DNA of 63,623 nucleotides, filler included, from Octopus bimaculoides (GCF_001194135.2; 4 parts of 3 records of this genome joined end to end with filler, not necessarily neighbours in it); one strand, 5' to 3'. Counted from the whole stretch's first letter, positions 23,647 through 35,572 are shown. Notes: generated from the letters alone by a model not told the origin. Numbers and translations: made by a program.

Positions 23647-24290
23647 TCTGTGGAAGACATCACGCATGTGATTAGCAGCTGTCCTAAAATGTTGTCCGGC
23701 ACTACCTCCCCTATGCGGCACGATGTTGTTGGCAAAATAATTTACAATGTCATCCGCAAAAAAGACTGTCCTGAAATAAACTTAGAAAATCCCTCTGTTA
23801 TGGAATGCATTCGTAAACACCAACTCAAGGAATATTGGTGGAATATTCCCATCAAAACTTCTGTCAAGTGTAAGCATACCAGGCCGGATATTGTTGTTTG
23901 GGACAGAAGGGCAAAGGTATGTACCATCATAGAGGTTAGCTGCCCTGCAGATATAAACGACTCTTTGAAAATCAAAGAAAAAGAGGATATCTATGGACAG
24001 CTGCTTCGAAACCTTCAGCTTCTATATCCAGACTATGAATTCATATTCCTACAAATAATAATTGGAGCACTAAGTTTGGTTAGTAAATGCTTAAAGGAGA
24101 ATCTGGATAAACTGGGATTTTCAGAAAGAGAAATCGACTGGCTAATTCGTACATTACAAATGCAATCTGTGAGTGGAACAGTAAAAATATGCAATACTTT
24201 TCTCAATTTCCAAATGTGAATTTGTCTGTGTTAACTACACCCCAAAGATGAAGCCTTTTATCTTTGTTGGAAGATTTATAATAATTAAAG
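23647..24290 (+). mobile_element. 5'-truncated RLE-type (R4/Dong-like) non-LTR retrotransposon, C-terminal endonuclease region and 3' UTR
   Basis: ORF 23650-24219 carries the end of the CCHC knuckle (EDITHVISSC), the RHD motif, PD-(D/E)xK motifs (RPDIVVWD...IIEVSCP...KEK..IY) and IIIGALS. These are the hallmark motifs of restriction-like endonuclease retroelements. Confidence 0.85.
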
Positions 24291-24699
24291 AATAGAAGAG
24301 ACATACATATGAATTTATATTGATTGGATTTAGAATTTGGAGACTGTCAGGTCGTCATCGAAAAATGTTTCCGAGGAAGCTGTGTACGTATTCAGTATTA
24401 CATTTATTTCAAGAATAAGGCTTATCAAACCAAATTATCTTGACAGTAACTGCCGTCACAATTCTCAATACACCGTTCATTACGTATTAAATTATAAAGG
24501 CAATGACGGGAGATCTGATCGAATACTTTCAGTTAAATAATGCCTGGAAAGGAAGAGAAGTAGAAACAATATATCTTCTTGTTTTGGGGGTATTTTTTTT
24601 ATTTTGTTTGCTTTTTTTCCCACAAATCTCTGGATTCACGTCTATGTAGAAAAGAAAACACTATGGATCTAATAGTTAAATATTCTGAAAGCGTAAACG

Positions 24700-24840
24700 T
24701 GACTGTGCGGTAAGAAGCTTGTTTTCCAGCCACATGCGTCCAGGTTCACTTCCACTCTGTGGTACATTGTGCAAGTGTTTCTACTATAGCCTCGGGCTGA
24801 CCAAAGCCTTGTGAGTGGAAACTGAAAGAAACCTGTTGTA

Positions 24841-24845
<5 letters not shown>
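24700..24845 (+). mobile_element. SINE group C, 5' half
   Basis: Head through CTACTATAGCCTCGGGCTGACCAAAGCCTTGTGAGTGG, then a microsatellite. Confidence 0.8.
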
Positions 24846-24876
<31 letters not shown>

Positions 24877-24954
24877 TGTATATACGAGACAGAGACAAAG
24901 AGATGTATGTATATATGTCTTTGTGTCAGTGTTTATTTCCCATCACTGTTTGAC

Positions 24955-25110
24955 ACTGATGATGATGATGATGATGATTATGGTGGTGGTGGTGGTGGTG
25001 ATGGTGGTGACGATGACGATGATGATGATGATGATGATGATGACGATGGTGATGATGATGATGATTATGATGATGACGATGAGGATGACGATGAGGATGA
25101 ATATGAGATG
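24955..25110. repeat. (GAT/GGT)n trinucleotide array
   Basis: Direct inspection. Confidence 0.9.
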
Positions 25111-25585
25111 GATTTCAGCCGGCGGGAAATTGCCATTGTGAGCCGTTGAAGTGCATCAGATAATGCGCTGCATCTGTTAAGAAGCACCATGTTTGTTTGT
25201 TTGCTTGTTTGTTTTTGCTGTTGTTTTTATACTTTACAATTCTTCACTGTCTTCAAACAGAACAGGAAAAGATTCTGTGGCGTCTTCTCTTTTATTTTCC
25301 CGTTTGTTTCTTCTGTAGCTTTTATGGTCAATGACGTTTCGTCTAGACATGAGAAGAGCTGTTGAGTCTATTTAGGTGTTAGGGAACAATTGTGCTGAAA
25401 GTGTGTCATTGATACAACTGTTGATTCCGTCTTGAATTTTCCCTCCATTGAAAGACGTGCTGTTTACGAAGTGCTGTTTATTATTTCGAATTGAGACGGC
25501 AGCAAAGACCACGCTTAATCAATAATGGCTTAATCCATTGATAAATAATATGTTTACATTATTAAAATTTTTTGTAGAACGCTTG

Positions 25586-25770
25586 TGGCACTCCGTCGAT
25601 TACGACGACGAGGGTTCCAGTTGATGCGATCATCGGAACAGCCTGCTCCTGAAATTAACGTGCAAGTGGCTGAACACTCCACAGACATTTGTACCCTTAA
25701 CGTAGTTCTCGGGGGAGATTCAGCGTGACACAGAGTGTGACAAGGCTGGCCCTTTGAAATACAGGAACAC
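25586..25770 (-). mobile_element. SINE group B, tail type 2, 5'-truncated
   Basis: Tail only. A shorter tail stub also occurs at 35717-35760. Confidence 0.8.
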
Positions 25771-25816
25771 AAACAAGAAGAAAGAGTGAGAGAAAGTTGT
25801 CGTGAAAGAATACAGA

Positions 25817-26436
25817 AAGGATTAAAATTAATCAAAGGACATACCAAGTATGTCTACCTGCTGGAAATAACAGTCAAAACTCTTATTTAAACCGCCAAAA
25901 TACACTGATGATGACTACAGAAATCAACTGATGGCAAATCAGGTTAAGACAATCTCCTAACGTACATTTAAGCGTTTGGACTCACTTGGACCGGTTTCTG
26001 CACTGACAAAAATAGCCTTAGCTTCTTCAGCACTAGATAATAACAAAATAAATTATATCTTCGCAAATTAATTTTTTGTGAATTATTTTTCTCGTGAATT
26101 GCTTGCCCCTGTATCGAGATTATTTTCACACTGGTGGCTGCAATGATCTCGGCGCAAAACGAATCAGTTGCGACGCAGACTTCAAAACGATAAGCTGGAA
26201 ATCACTATCATGGTATCACGTACTGAACACGCTAAAGCTATATTTTCCAGTGCAGAAACCGGTCCCTGTGAATCCCAATACTCAAATGTATGTTGAGAGG
26301 TTGTCTTAACCTGATTTGCCTTCGGTTGATTTCTATAGTCATCATCTGTGTATTTTGGCGATTTAAATAATAGTTCCGACTGTTATTTCCAGCAGGTAGA
26401 CATACTGACTATGTCCTTTGAATAATTTTAATCCTT
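25817..26436. mobile_element. 620-bp fold-back/MITE-like element with arms of about 220 bp
   Basis: 25817-25956 is the near reverse complement of 26297-26436, for example AGTATGTCTACCTGCTGGAAATAACAGTC. Pairing continues inward (GGACCGGTTTCTGCACTG at 25989 with CAGTGCAGAAACCGGTCC at 26249) to about 26040/26213. Confidence 0.8.
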
Positions 26437-26606
26437 CAGCTATTTAATGCCTTTTTGGGGCCTGCAATCGCCTATATTATTGATTCTGTTATTCTCATTT
26501 TTCAGAATAGTTACACTGGATAATAACAGAATTAATAATAACTTCGCAAATTAAATTTTCGTGAATTATTTTTCTCATGAATTGTATGCCCCTGTATCGA
26601 TATATA

Positions 26607-26885
26607 TGGCCTAATGGTTATGGCGTTGCACTCAGGATTGTTAGATCATAGTTTCAATTCCTAGACTGGGTGGCGCGTTGTATTCTTGAGCAAAGCACTT
26701 CATCTCACGTTGCTCTGCAATCACTTTGACGGCTGACGCGCGGCACACCATGGCACCTGTTCAGACAACGTCGACTTGATGGAGAGGGTGATCTAATGTG
26801 CGGCACGGACATTTGATCTCTATAAACAAATCATTTGTGCAGGTTTTTCGGTAAAAAGCTCATACGTCATCTTCGACGAGAAAGT
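26607..26885 (+). mobile_element. SINE group B, tail type 4
   Basis: TGGCCTAATGGTTA head, TTCTTGAGCAAAGCACTTCATCTCACGTTGCTC CORE-like block, and a distinct tail. Confidence 0.7.
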
Positions 26886-26917
26886 CCATCATTATATATA
26901 TGTATATATAATGATAT

Positions 26918-27056
26918 AACTTAGCGGTTCGGCAAAATGCCGATAGAATAGGAACCAGGCTTCAAAAAACATAATCACTAGAGTTGATTCATTCGACTAA
27001 ATTTCATCGAGGCAGTGCTGCAGCAAGGCCGCTGTCTAATGGCTGAAGCAAGTAAC
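26918..27056 (+). mobile_element. SINE group C, 3' fragment (similar fragments at 18280-18480 and 28278-28490)
   Basis: AACTTAGCGGTTCGGCAAAA...GATAGAATAGG...GGCCGCTGTCTAATGGCTGAAGCAAG. Confidence 0.7.
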
Positions 27057-27769
27057 ACATGAAACGTCTAAGTATGTAGCTGTGTTTGTGTGTGTGTATG
27101 TGTGTGTGTGTGTATGTGAGTGTGTGTGCGTGTGTGTGTGTAGGAGTGTGTGTGTGTGTGCAGGAGTGTGTGTGGCTATGTCTGTGTGTGTGTATGTTAG
27201 TATGTGTGCGTGTGCGTGTGCGCGTGAGTATGTGTGCGTGAATGTGTGTGAGTGTGTAAGCGTTTGCGTATGTGTCGACCTAAATTTGTGTGCCTGGAGA
27301 GATTTGCTGACTGATAATTGTGTAATGTATTCACAAGATTTACTCAGCCAGTGACTAGAGACTCTGTCACATGAGTTCAATGTTGTTTACATTCAGCAAA
27401 AATTCACGTGGGTCGTTAAGATCTCTGGTTTATGATTGTTGAAAAAGAATGAAATTAATTATTAGTGGATTAATGACTTAATCCTTCGTTAATTTAGTTT
27501 TCGAGTTTTATATTAGGTCTCGTTTTATCCAACGTATATCCATTCGTCAAGTAAAATCGATATACAATGCAGTGTTAAGTGTATTTTTCACTCACAGAAT
27601 CGCATTATGTTAGTTATTACATAGAAACGCACATTTCACATTTACACATACATGTGTACATACATGCATACGTACATGCATACATGTGTGTGTAAATCTA
27701 TCTATCTATATATCTATCTGATTTTATATGTATATAGATAGACAGAGAGACATACATATAGACATATTT

Positions 27770-27821
<52 letters not shown>

Positions 27822-27971
27822 TACATTTAGTTATATTTATATAGATTATGCATATATGTATGTGTGTGTATACATACATATATACATACGTACTTTCATA
27901 CGTATATGCATACAAACATTTATATACCGGATTGACTTGGTGCTTCAACTTAAGTACCTAATTCAACTGAA

Positions 27972-28040
<69 letters not shown>

Positions 28041-28589
28041 ATATATATATGTATGTATGTATGCACACGCATACACACGAGTGCACAAACACACACACAT
28101 AAATACATACATACATGCATTCACCTTAAGGAGGTTTTTTTCTACTATAGTTCCGAATCGACCCATGAGTTCATTTGATAGATGTAAACTGTAAAAGACC
28201 CTCATCAAATACATATGTGTGTGTTTGCACGTACCTGTGTGTATATGTGTGCGTGTGTCTCTGCCTATTTGTATGACCTTGTGTTGGTGTTTGTTCCCCC
28301 ACGCTACTTGACAGTCGGTGCTGGTTTGTTTACGCCCCTATAAATCAACGGTTCGGCATAAATATCGATAGAATATGTACGAGACCTAAAAAGACATATG
28401 AAACGGGAGTCAGTTTGTTCGACTAAAACCCTTTATGGCGGTACCACAGCATAACCAAAGTTCAATGACTGCAACAAGTAAAAGATAAATGGTCGATTTG
28501 GAAAACTGTTATAACGTTAGTTTGAATTAAATGAATAAAATGAATAAAAATAAGAGCAAAACCTGGAGACCTGTTCATACTTTTACTTA

Positions 28590-29000
28590 ATATTCTAATA
28601 TTTCGGCTTGAAAAACCTTCATCAAAGAAACATAATTAAGGCACAGCTCATCTCTGATCTGCATAGGTATGAGCTGAAAGGACTGATGTCACAGATAAGA
28701 AGAGTTACGTTAGCCAATTAACGCAGTGGAATGTTGCTGACAGAAGTAATTAATTTATTAATAAGGTTCTTCTCTTTAATAATCTAATAACCAATATCCC
28801 ATCTGTGTATTTCATGTTGATCGTAATATCTTGATGGTGAAATCTCTCGGGATGTTTTGAAGTGGAGAAAGCATGTGTATAGATGTAATCTTAGTGTGGA
28901 TGTCCAGTTACAATCGATGTTGCTGTTGTATGGTCTACCATATTTATTACATGTTGTATGGTACACCACATAAGCCAACTGCCCTCTTATAACTTGGACA
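28590..29000 (-). mobile_element. Decayed Penelope-like GIY-YIG endonuclease region followed by a pLTR hammerhead
   Basis: VVYHTTCNKYGRPY resembles the PLE motif VVY.I.C..C...Y. Downstream frameshifted pieces read RDFTIKIL and EIHRW, and a hammerhead-like motif lies 3' on the same strand. Confidence 0.45.
28593..28629 (-). ncRNA. Variant minimal hammerhead motif (C3U)
   Basis: Minus strand TTCT-TTGATGA-A-GGTTT(ttc)AAGCC-GAAA-TATT-AGAA. Stem I is TTCT/AGAA, stem II is 5 bp with one G.U, stem III is the palindrome AATATT, and the core has U instead of C at position 3. Confidence 0.45.
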
Positions 29001-29982
29001 TGTATTTATAGGATTATCTTTTGACGAAGCTTTATGATAGTACCTGCAACCAGTTACTGTAACTAGAGATTTGAGATTAACGCTTTTACATAAGAAAATA
29101 AATTTATGTCTAGGAATATTAAAAAAAAAAAAGCGTGGGAAAAGAACAACAACGAATTCAACCGTAAAAGGTATGTTATCTGGTTTAATCCACCTTCTTA
29201 CTTAATGTAATTTCTAGTAGAGTTAAATACTTCTAAATTTCGTTTAAAAACACCCAGGTGAGTTATATTCGTTATTCGTGTATCCGAAACGTTATTGCAT
29301 GCTGCAGACAGGCCAAACCGCCGCACACATTTAGTAATTACAAATACAGTGTTCTGAGATCAGTTAGCCACGATCGAAGTACATACGAGCTATCTCATGT
29401 TAAAATTGTTGATCTCTATCCTATTGGTCGTAAATGCGAAAGCAAGGCAGAAATTTACAACAGCTAATATGATTTACTTCAATTAAAATTTGGAAGACAC
29501 TAGCTCATAAATAGGGATGTTTTATTTTAAAGAGTAATTACGCCAATCAAAGATCCACCTCTTAATTTTACAAGAGATCGTCTAAGGCTTATTGGGCTTT
29601 GTTAGACGACAAAATGGAGTGCAAAGACCTTTTTAAATTTCAAGATACATATTGACCCACAGAAACAAATACATTTGATTATGTTATAATGAAACCTTTT
29701 GCAAATTTTCTATCGAGGAAAATTCTCCAAAGTATTACAAAAAACAATAGAAAGTGAGAGTATATGGTGGGTACTTACGAGCATGAAATAAAGATAGCAC
29801 CTCGAAGCAGATCAATTAGTCAAATACAAACCATCGTTCCACTGAAAGGTAACCAAATAACTTCTACTCACCTCATATGCCTCTGGAAACCACAACAATT
29901 TGTTCTCTACCTTTGTAACATCCTACTGTACAACTCTAAACCTAACAATTACTCTCTGTCTCTCTCTCTTTCTCTCTCTCTA

Positions 29983-30065
<83 letters not shown>

Positions 30066-30983
30066 GCGAGCACACATATATATGTATATAGGCATGAATG
30101 TGTTTTTATGTCTCTGTACGNNNNNNNNNNNNNNNNNNNNNNNNNNNNNNNNNNNNNNNNNNNNNNNNNNNNNNNNNNNNNNNNNNNNNNNNNNNNNNNN
30201 NNNNNNNNNNNNNNNNNNNNNNNNNNNNNNNNNNNNNNNNNNNNNNNNNNNNNNNNNNNNNNNNNNNNNNNNNNNNNNNNNNNNNNNNNNNNNNNNNNNN
30301 NNNNNNNNNNNNNNNNNNNNNNNNNNNNNNNNNNNNNNNNNNNNNNNNNNNNNNNNNNNNNNNNNNNNNNNNNNNNNNNNNNNNNNNNNNNNNNNNNNNN
30401 NNNNNNNNNNNNNNNNNNNNNNNNNNNNNNNNNNNNNNNNNNNNNNNNNNNNNNNNNNNNNNNNNNNNNNNNNNNNNNNNNNNNNNNNNNNNNNNNNNNN
30501 NNNNNNNNNNNNNNNNNNNNNNNNNNNNNNNNNNNNNNNNNNNNNNNNNNNNNNNNNNNNNNNNNNNNNNNNNNNNNNNNNNNNNNNNNNNNNNNNNNNN
30601 NNNNNNNNNNNNNNNNNNNNNNNNNNNNNNNNNNNNNNNNNNNNNNNNNNNNNNNNNNNNNNNNNNNNNNNNNNNNNNNNNNNNNNNNNNNNNNNNNNNN
30701 NNNNNNNNNNNNNNNNNNNNNNNNNNNNNNNNNNNNNNNNNNNNNNNNNNNNNNNNNNNNNNNNNNNNNNNNNNNNNNNNNNNNNNNNNNNNNNNNNNNN
30801 NNNNNNNNNNNNNNNNNNNNNNNNNNNNNNNNNNNNNNNNNNNNNNNNNNNNNNNNNNNNNNNNNNNNNNNNNNNNNAGAACGAGGGGCTGTGTGTGATA
30901 TGTATGTATGTATGTATATATATATATATATGTGTGTGTGTGAGTGTATATATATATGTATGCATGTATATATATATATATAT

Positions 30984-31038
<55 letters not shown>

Positions 31039-31511
31039 TTACCGGTCGTCGGACAGTTTGTCAGACGAACGGGAACGTATAACTCTGAGTAACAGTTGTG
31101 ATATTTTTGCTGTTTTTTTATGAAGCATATTACTCTACCTCTGGTATTCGAGTACTATTTTCTCCACCTTGTTTCACATTTATCTGCTTATTCTGGTGGG
31201 ATCGATGCAAAACGAGTCGAAACGATCGTTGTGATAATAAAGAATTTCATGAATTCCATTTTCTGACTCTCCCATGTTTGATTGTATGCATGTAGGTATA
31301 CATGTGTATATGTATATGACAAACATGGGAAATTCAGAGAAAACAATTGTTTATTTATCTTTAAATTTAAGGGCATACGTTTCGTATTCTCACGCCCACT
31401 CGCTTATATGCACACTTAACCCGGTCAATATTTTCTTACTGTTTTGATCTTCCATACATTTGCTCATGAATACTCTCATACATCTCGCTTCTTTCTTCGT
31501 ACCTTTATCTC

Positions 31512-31549
<38 letters not shown>

Positions 31550-31940
31550 TCTCTCTCCCGTGTTTATATCTCTCTTTCACTTTTTGTAATGCTCCTCTCT
31601 TTATCTCTTTTCTCACTGTTGCCTCTCTGTTGTGTGATATCCATCTTTTACATCAGCATATCATTCCTTTGATGTAGAAAAATATACGTTTGAAATGCTC
31701 GGCAGGCAAAAACCAAAGGCAAACAAACGCGCGCATACCGCACACACACATGCGCGTACACACACTAGCACGCACACACATACACTGTAAAATTAGAGCT
31801 GTTATGTTAAAGAATACAACTTAATATACATGTGTATGTATGTCTGAATGTATATATGTATGTATGTATGTGTAAATGCTGTCTGGCTGAGCGTGTAAAC
31901 AACATCCACTCGTACATACATGTATATATGAGTGTCTCTG

Positions 31941-31982
<42 letters not shown>

Positions 31983-32216
31983 ATGATATAGAATTTATGT
32001 GTATGTATTTTCCTCTAGCAGAGTTGAAACGAACGTATTATTATAACGAAAGACAGAATGTGCTTAAATAAGCTTATAACATATACACATATATCGGTAT
32101 TTGCATGTACACACACACACACACACATACGCACACGCACACACACACACACACACACAGATGAGTACATACATATTTATTTATTTATGTATATATATAT
32201 ATATATACATTACATA

Positions 32217-32431
32217 TTTCTTTATAGCCCACAAGGGGCTAAACATAGAGGGGACAAACAAGGACAGACAAAGAAATTACGTCGATTACATCGACCCCAG
32301 TGCGTACTTATTTTATCGACCCCGAAAGAATGAAAGGCAAAGTAGACCTCGGCGGAATTTGAACTCAGAACGTAGCGGTAGACGAAAAATACCGCTAAGC
32401 ATTTCGCCCGGCGTGCTAACGATTCTACCAG
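32217..32431 (-). mobile_element. SINE group A, alternative-tail subfamily
   Basis: Group A head and core plus a tail (plus strand GCCCACAAGGGGCTAAACATAGAGGG) also present at 55027. Confidence 0.85.
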
Positions 32432-32436
32432 TTTCT

Positions 32437-32557
32437 CACACGGCTTTGGTTGGCTGAAGGCTATGGTAGAAGATACTTGCTGAAGGTGCCATGCAATGCG
32501 GCTGAACCTGGAACCATGAAGGTGGGAAGCAAATTTGTTACCACACGGCTACGCTAT
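32437..32557 (-). mobile_element. SINE group C, 5' fragment
   Basis: Degenerate reverse complement of the head region. Confidence 0.7.
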
Positions 32558-32570
32558 ACATATATGTATG

Positions 32571-32601
<31 letters not shown>

Positions 32602-32934
32602 TCATAGACACACAAACCTACATGGAAGAAAAGTTGTCACTGTCGCAAAGGGCCAAAGAAGAGAATCCACCCGTAAGAGGCACAAATAAACGAGATAAAG
32701 GACGCAGGAGAGATGCCAAGGCTACAAACATGAGAAAGCAAGTGATAATGCAATTCTAAGGACAAAAACAATACCTAAAACAAGAAAACAATAAACGAAA
32801 TTCGAACCATTTGTAGATTGTAAGTAAAAGATGTCTAGTAGCATAGAAAGATGGAGCCAAACTGGCACTTTGCTCATCTTATATTCAGAGACTCACTCAA
32901 GCGTGAAAGTACTTCCTAATTAAATAACAATATA

Positions 32935-33338
32935 GGCACAGGCGTGGTTGTGTGGTGAGAAGCTTGCTTCCCAACCCCATGGTGCGTGTTCAGTCTCACT
33001 GCGTGGCACGTTGGGCAAGGGTCTTCTACTATAGCCTCGTGTTGACCAAAGCCTTATGAGTAGATTTGGCAGACGGAAACTGAAAGAAGCCTGTCGTATA
33101 TATGTGTTTGTGTGTGTGTGTGTGTGTGTGTGCATTTGTCGCCCCTCCACATCACTTGACAACCAATTTGTGTGTGTTTACGTCTCCGTAACTTAGCGGT
33201 TCGGTAAAAGGGGCGGTTAGAATAAGTACTAGGCTTACAAAGAATAAATCTTAGGGTCGATCTGTTTCACTAAAGGCGGTGCTCCAGCATGGTCGCAGTC
33301 AAATGATTGAAACAAATAGAATAATAAAAGAATAAAAG
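32935..33338 (+). mobile_element. SINE group C, full length, with an internal (TA/TG)n tract
   Basis: GGCGTGGTTGTGTGGTGAGAAGCTTGCTTCCCAACC head...GGAAACTGAAAGAAGCC, then the microsatellite, then CGTAACTTAGCGGTTCGG...GGTGCTCCAGCATGG...AATAAAAGAA tail. Confidence 0.88.
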
Positions 33339-33497
33339 ATGGAACAGACGGGGAAAATAATGTAAAGACCATAATCCAAATAACACCGGCAGTAAAAAAT
33401 CACACCATATTTGATATACGTTATTACATGATCGATCAGACTATCAGATGCTATTATACATCGCTGGTCACAATGCACTTTGATCGAATTACTTTCT

Positions 33498-33685
33498 GAC
33501 TGATGTCGTCCCACTGGTTAGGCGAACTGACCAACATTTCCCCTGATTAAAAGGCAAGTCTGTAAGTGGTAACGTGAAATGAAGTGTTTTGCTTAAGAAC
33601 TCAACGCGCCGCTCGGTTCGGGTATCAAATCCCACAATCTAATGATCGTGAGCACAACACCCTAACCACTAGGCCACGTGCGCCT
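33498..33685 (-). mobile_element. SINE group B copy
   Basis: Head GCACGTGGCCTAGTGGTTAGGGTGTTG, the CORE-like block and a V-like remnant. Confidence 0.7.
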
Positions 33686-33844
33686 CCACCTATGCCATAT
33701 ACCAGAAAACGATAAGTAAATGCAGCGAGAGCTGTAGCATTGGCGCTAAAAAAAATTAAGCGCAACAGAAAAGATAGTACAGCAGCTGTCATAGTTACAA
33801 AGGAAATTTTACCAGTTATATATATCCACGTTCGAGACCACCAC

Positions 33845-34452
33845 GAATGGTCACCACGAATAGAGGACTTACGGTGGCTTCCACAAATACCAGACTCAAC
33901 GTGGCCACCTCGAATAACAGACTCAAGGTTGCCACCACCAACACCAAACTCACGGTGGCCACCATGAATAACAGACTCAGAGTGGCCACCACAAATAACA
34001 GACTTACGGTGGCCACCACAAAAAAAGACTCACAGTGGCCACCACCAATAACAGATTCAAGGTAGCCACCACAAATAACAGACTTACGGTGGCCACAACA
34101 AATAACAGACTCACGGTGGCCACCACGAATAACAAGACTCACAGTGGCCACCACGAATAACAGACTCACGGTGGTCACCACGAATAACAGGCACATGGTG
34201 GCCACCACAAATAACAGACTTACGGTGGCCACCACGAATAACAGACTCACAGTGGCCACCACCAATAACAGATTCAAGGTGGCCACCACAAATAACAAAC
34301 TTACGGTGGTTACTACAAATAAAAGACTCACGGTGGCCACCACCAGTAACAGACTCACGGTGGCCACCACGAATAACAGACTCACAGTGGCCACCACGAA
34401 TAGCAGACTCACAGTGGCCACCACGAATAACAGACTCGCGGTGGCCAGCACC
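33845..34452. repeat. 27-bp minisatellite, about 22 units, consensus AATAACAGACTCACGGTGGCCACCACG
   Basis: Direct inspection. Each unit contains the palindrome GGTGGCCACC. The overlapping ORFs are translations of the repeat (VATTNNRLT / VATVSLLFV). Confidence 0.93.
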
Positions 34453-35492
34453 ATCACCAAAGCAAACATAAAACCCATTCTACTGATATATATCAAAGGC
34501 CTATGGCAATTCAACAGAAAATGGCAAAATCTCATATCTCAGATATCTTTCTGCATTCGATCATGTAATATGCATTGCACGATGCTGTTTTGGTGTGTGA
34601 TCTACAAGGGAGATAACTCTGCTGCCCTATATGTCAATCAGTTCTGTTTCGTACTGTCCCGCTACCAGTTACTTCGATCGCGTAACCTAACATAATCTCC
34701 CTTTAATTTGTAGATCACACGCCAAATGGTACCTTTCTTTTTCTTAAGAAATGATGTGAACTTAGTGCTGGATTCTTGGGAAAATGCAACCGCCTTTGTC
34801 TCGTTGCTGATCACATTGTAAAACTCTTTAGCCAACATCTTACAGCTTTTTTAGAAATTGAGAAGTAAACTCAAAAATAACGTAAAGAAAAATCCCTTGT
34901 AGACCACACACCAAAGCAGCACCCATTGCAATTGCAGAAGCATATCTTTCTGCAGATAAAAATGATGTGGAGATACACATAGCCATGTATGCTGGGTTCC
35001 ATACAAGCAGGAAAGAAAGAAGTCGCGGTGGTGTTGTGCATGTATCCGCAAAGACGTTACATCCTTAAGGCAATTATCGCAGTCATAGCATATTGAAAAC
35101 GAATTGATATGCGATGTGCTGAGGACATTAAATTGTTCTCCTGACATCTCAAATCACGATCGAAAATTTGAGGAAAACTTTATAAAGAAACACTAACAAA
35201 ACTCGATCACTGCATTAATGTACTTCTCATGGATGACTTCAAGTTCTTCAACAAGGCCACATAATCTCAGAAACGACACGTAGAGAATGCATTCAAGTAG
35301 AATCTCTGTTTGATCTCTCGAAAATGATGTTCATGAAGCAAACCACACTGTTTCCAACCAGGAACAATAACATCTTAAGCTTCTGTGTCACCGACAGTGA
35401 GGGACTTATCCGCAATGTGAAAATATCACCGACAGAAGCAAACCTACGATTTAAGAAAAAAATCTCTAATACATAGATAAGGAAATAAGTAC

Positions 35493-35572
35493 AAAAGAAA
35501 TACCGTGAAAAAGAAATACCGTGAAAAAGTAATACCGTGAAAAAGTAATACCGTGAAAAAGAAATGCCGTGA
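35493..35572. repeat. 16-bp tandem repeat, 5 copies (AATACCGTGAAAAAGW)
   Basis: TACCGTG recurs at 35501, 35517, 35533 and 35549, with a variant at 35565. Confidence 0.9.

Noticed and set aside
25905-25925. CTGATGA...GAAA inside the fold-back arm
   Set aside because: The intervening GACTACA cannot form stem II, and the opposite arm has CAGATGA.
33845-34452. CRISPR-like array
   Set aside because: There are no unique spacers, the context is eukaryotic, and no cas genes are present.
33816-34695. 239-aa hydrophobic repeat ORF (minus) and 183-aa Thr/Asn-rich ORF (plus) as real proteins
   Set aside because: A 27-bp unit keeps frames open automatically. There is no splice or homology support, so it is kept only as a repeat.
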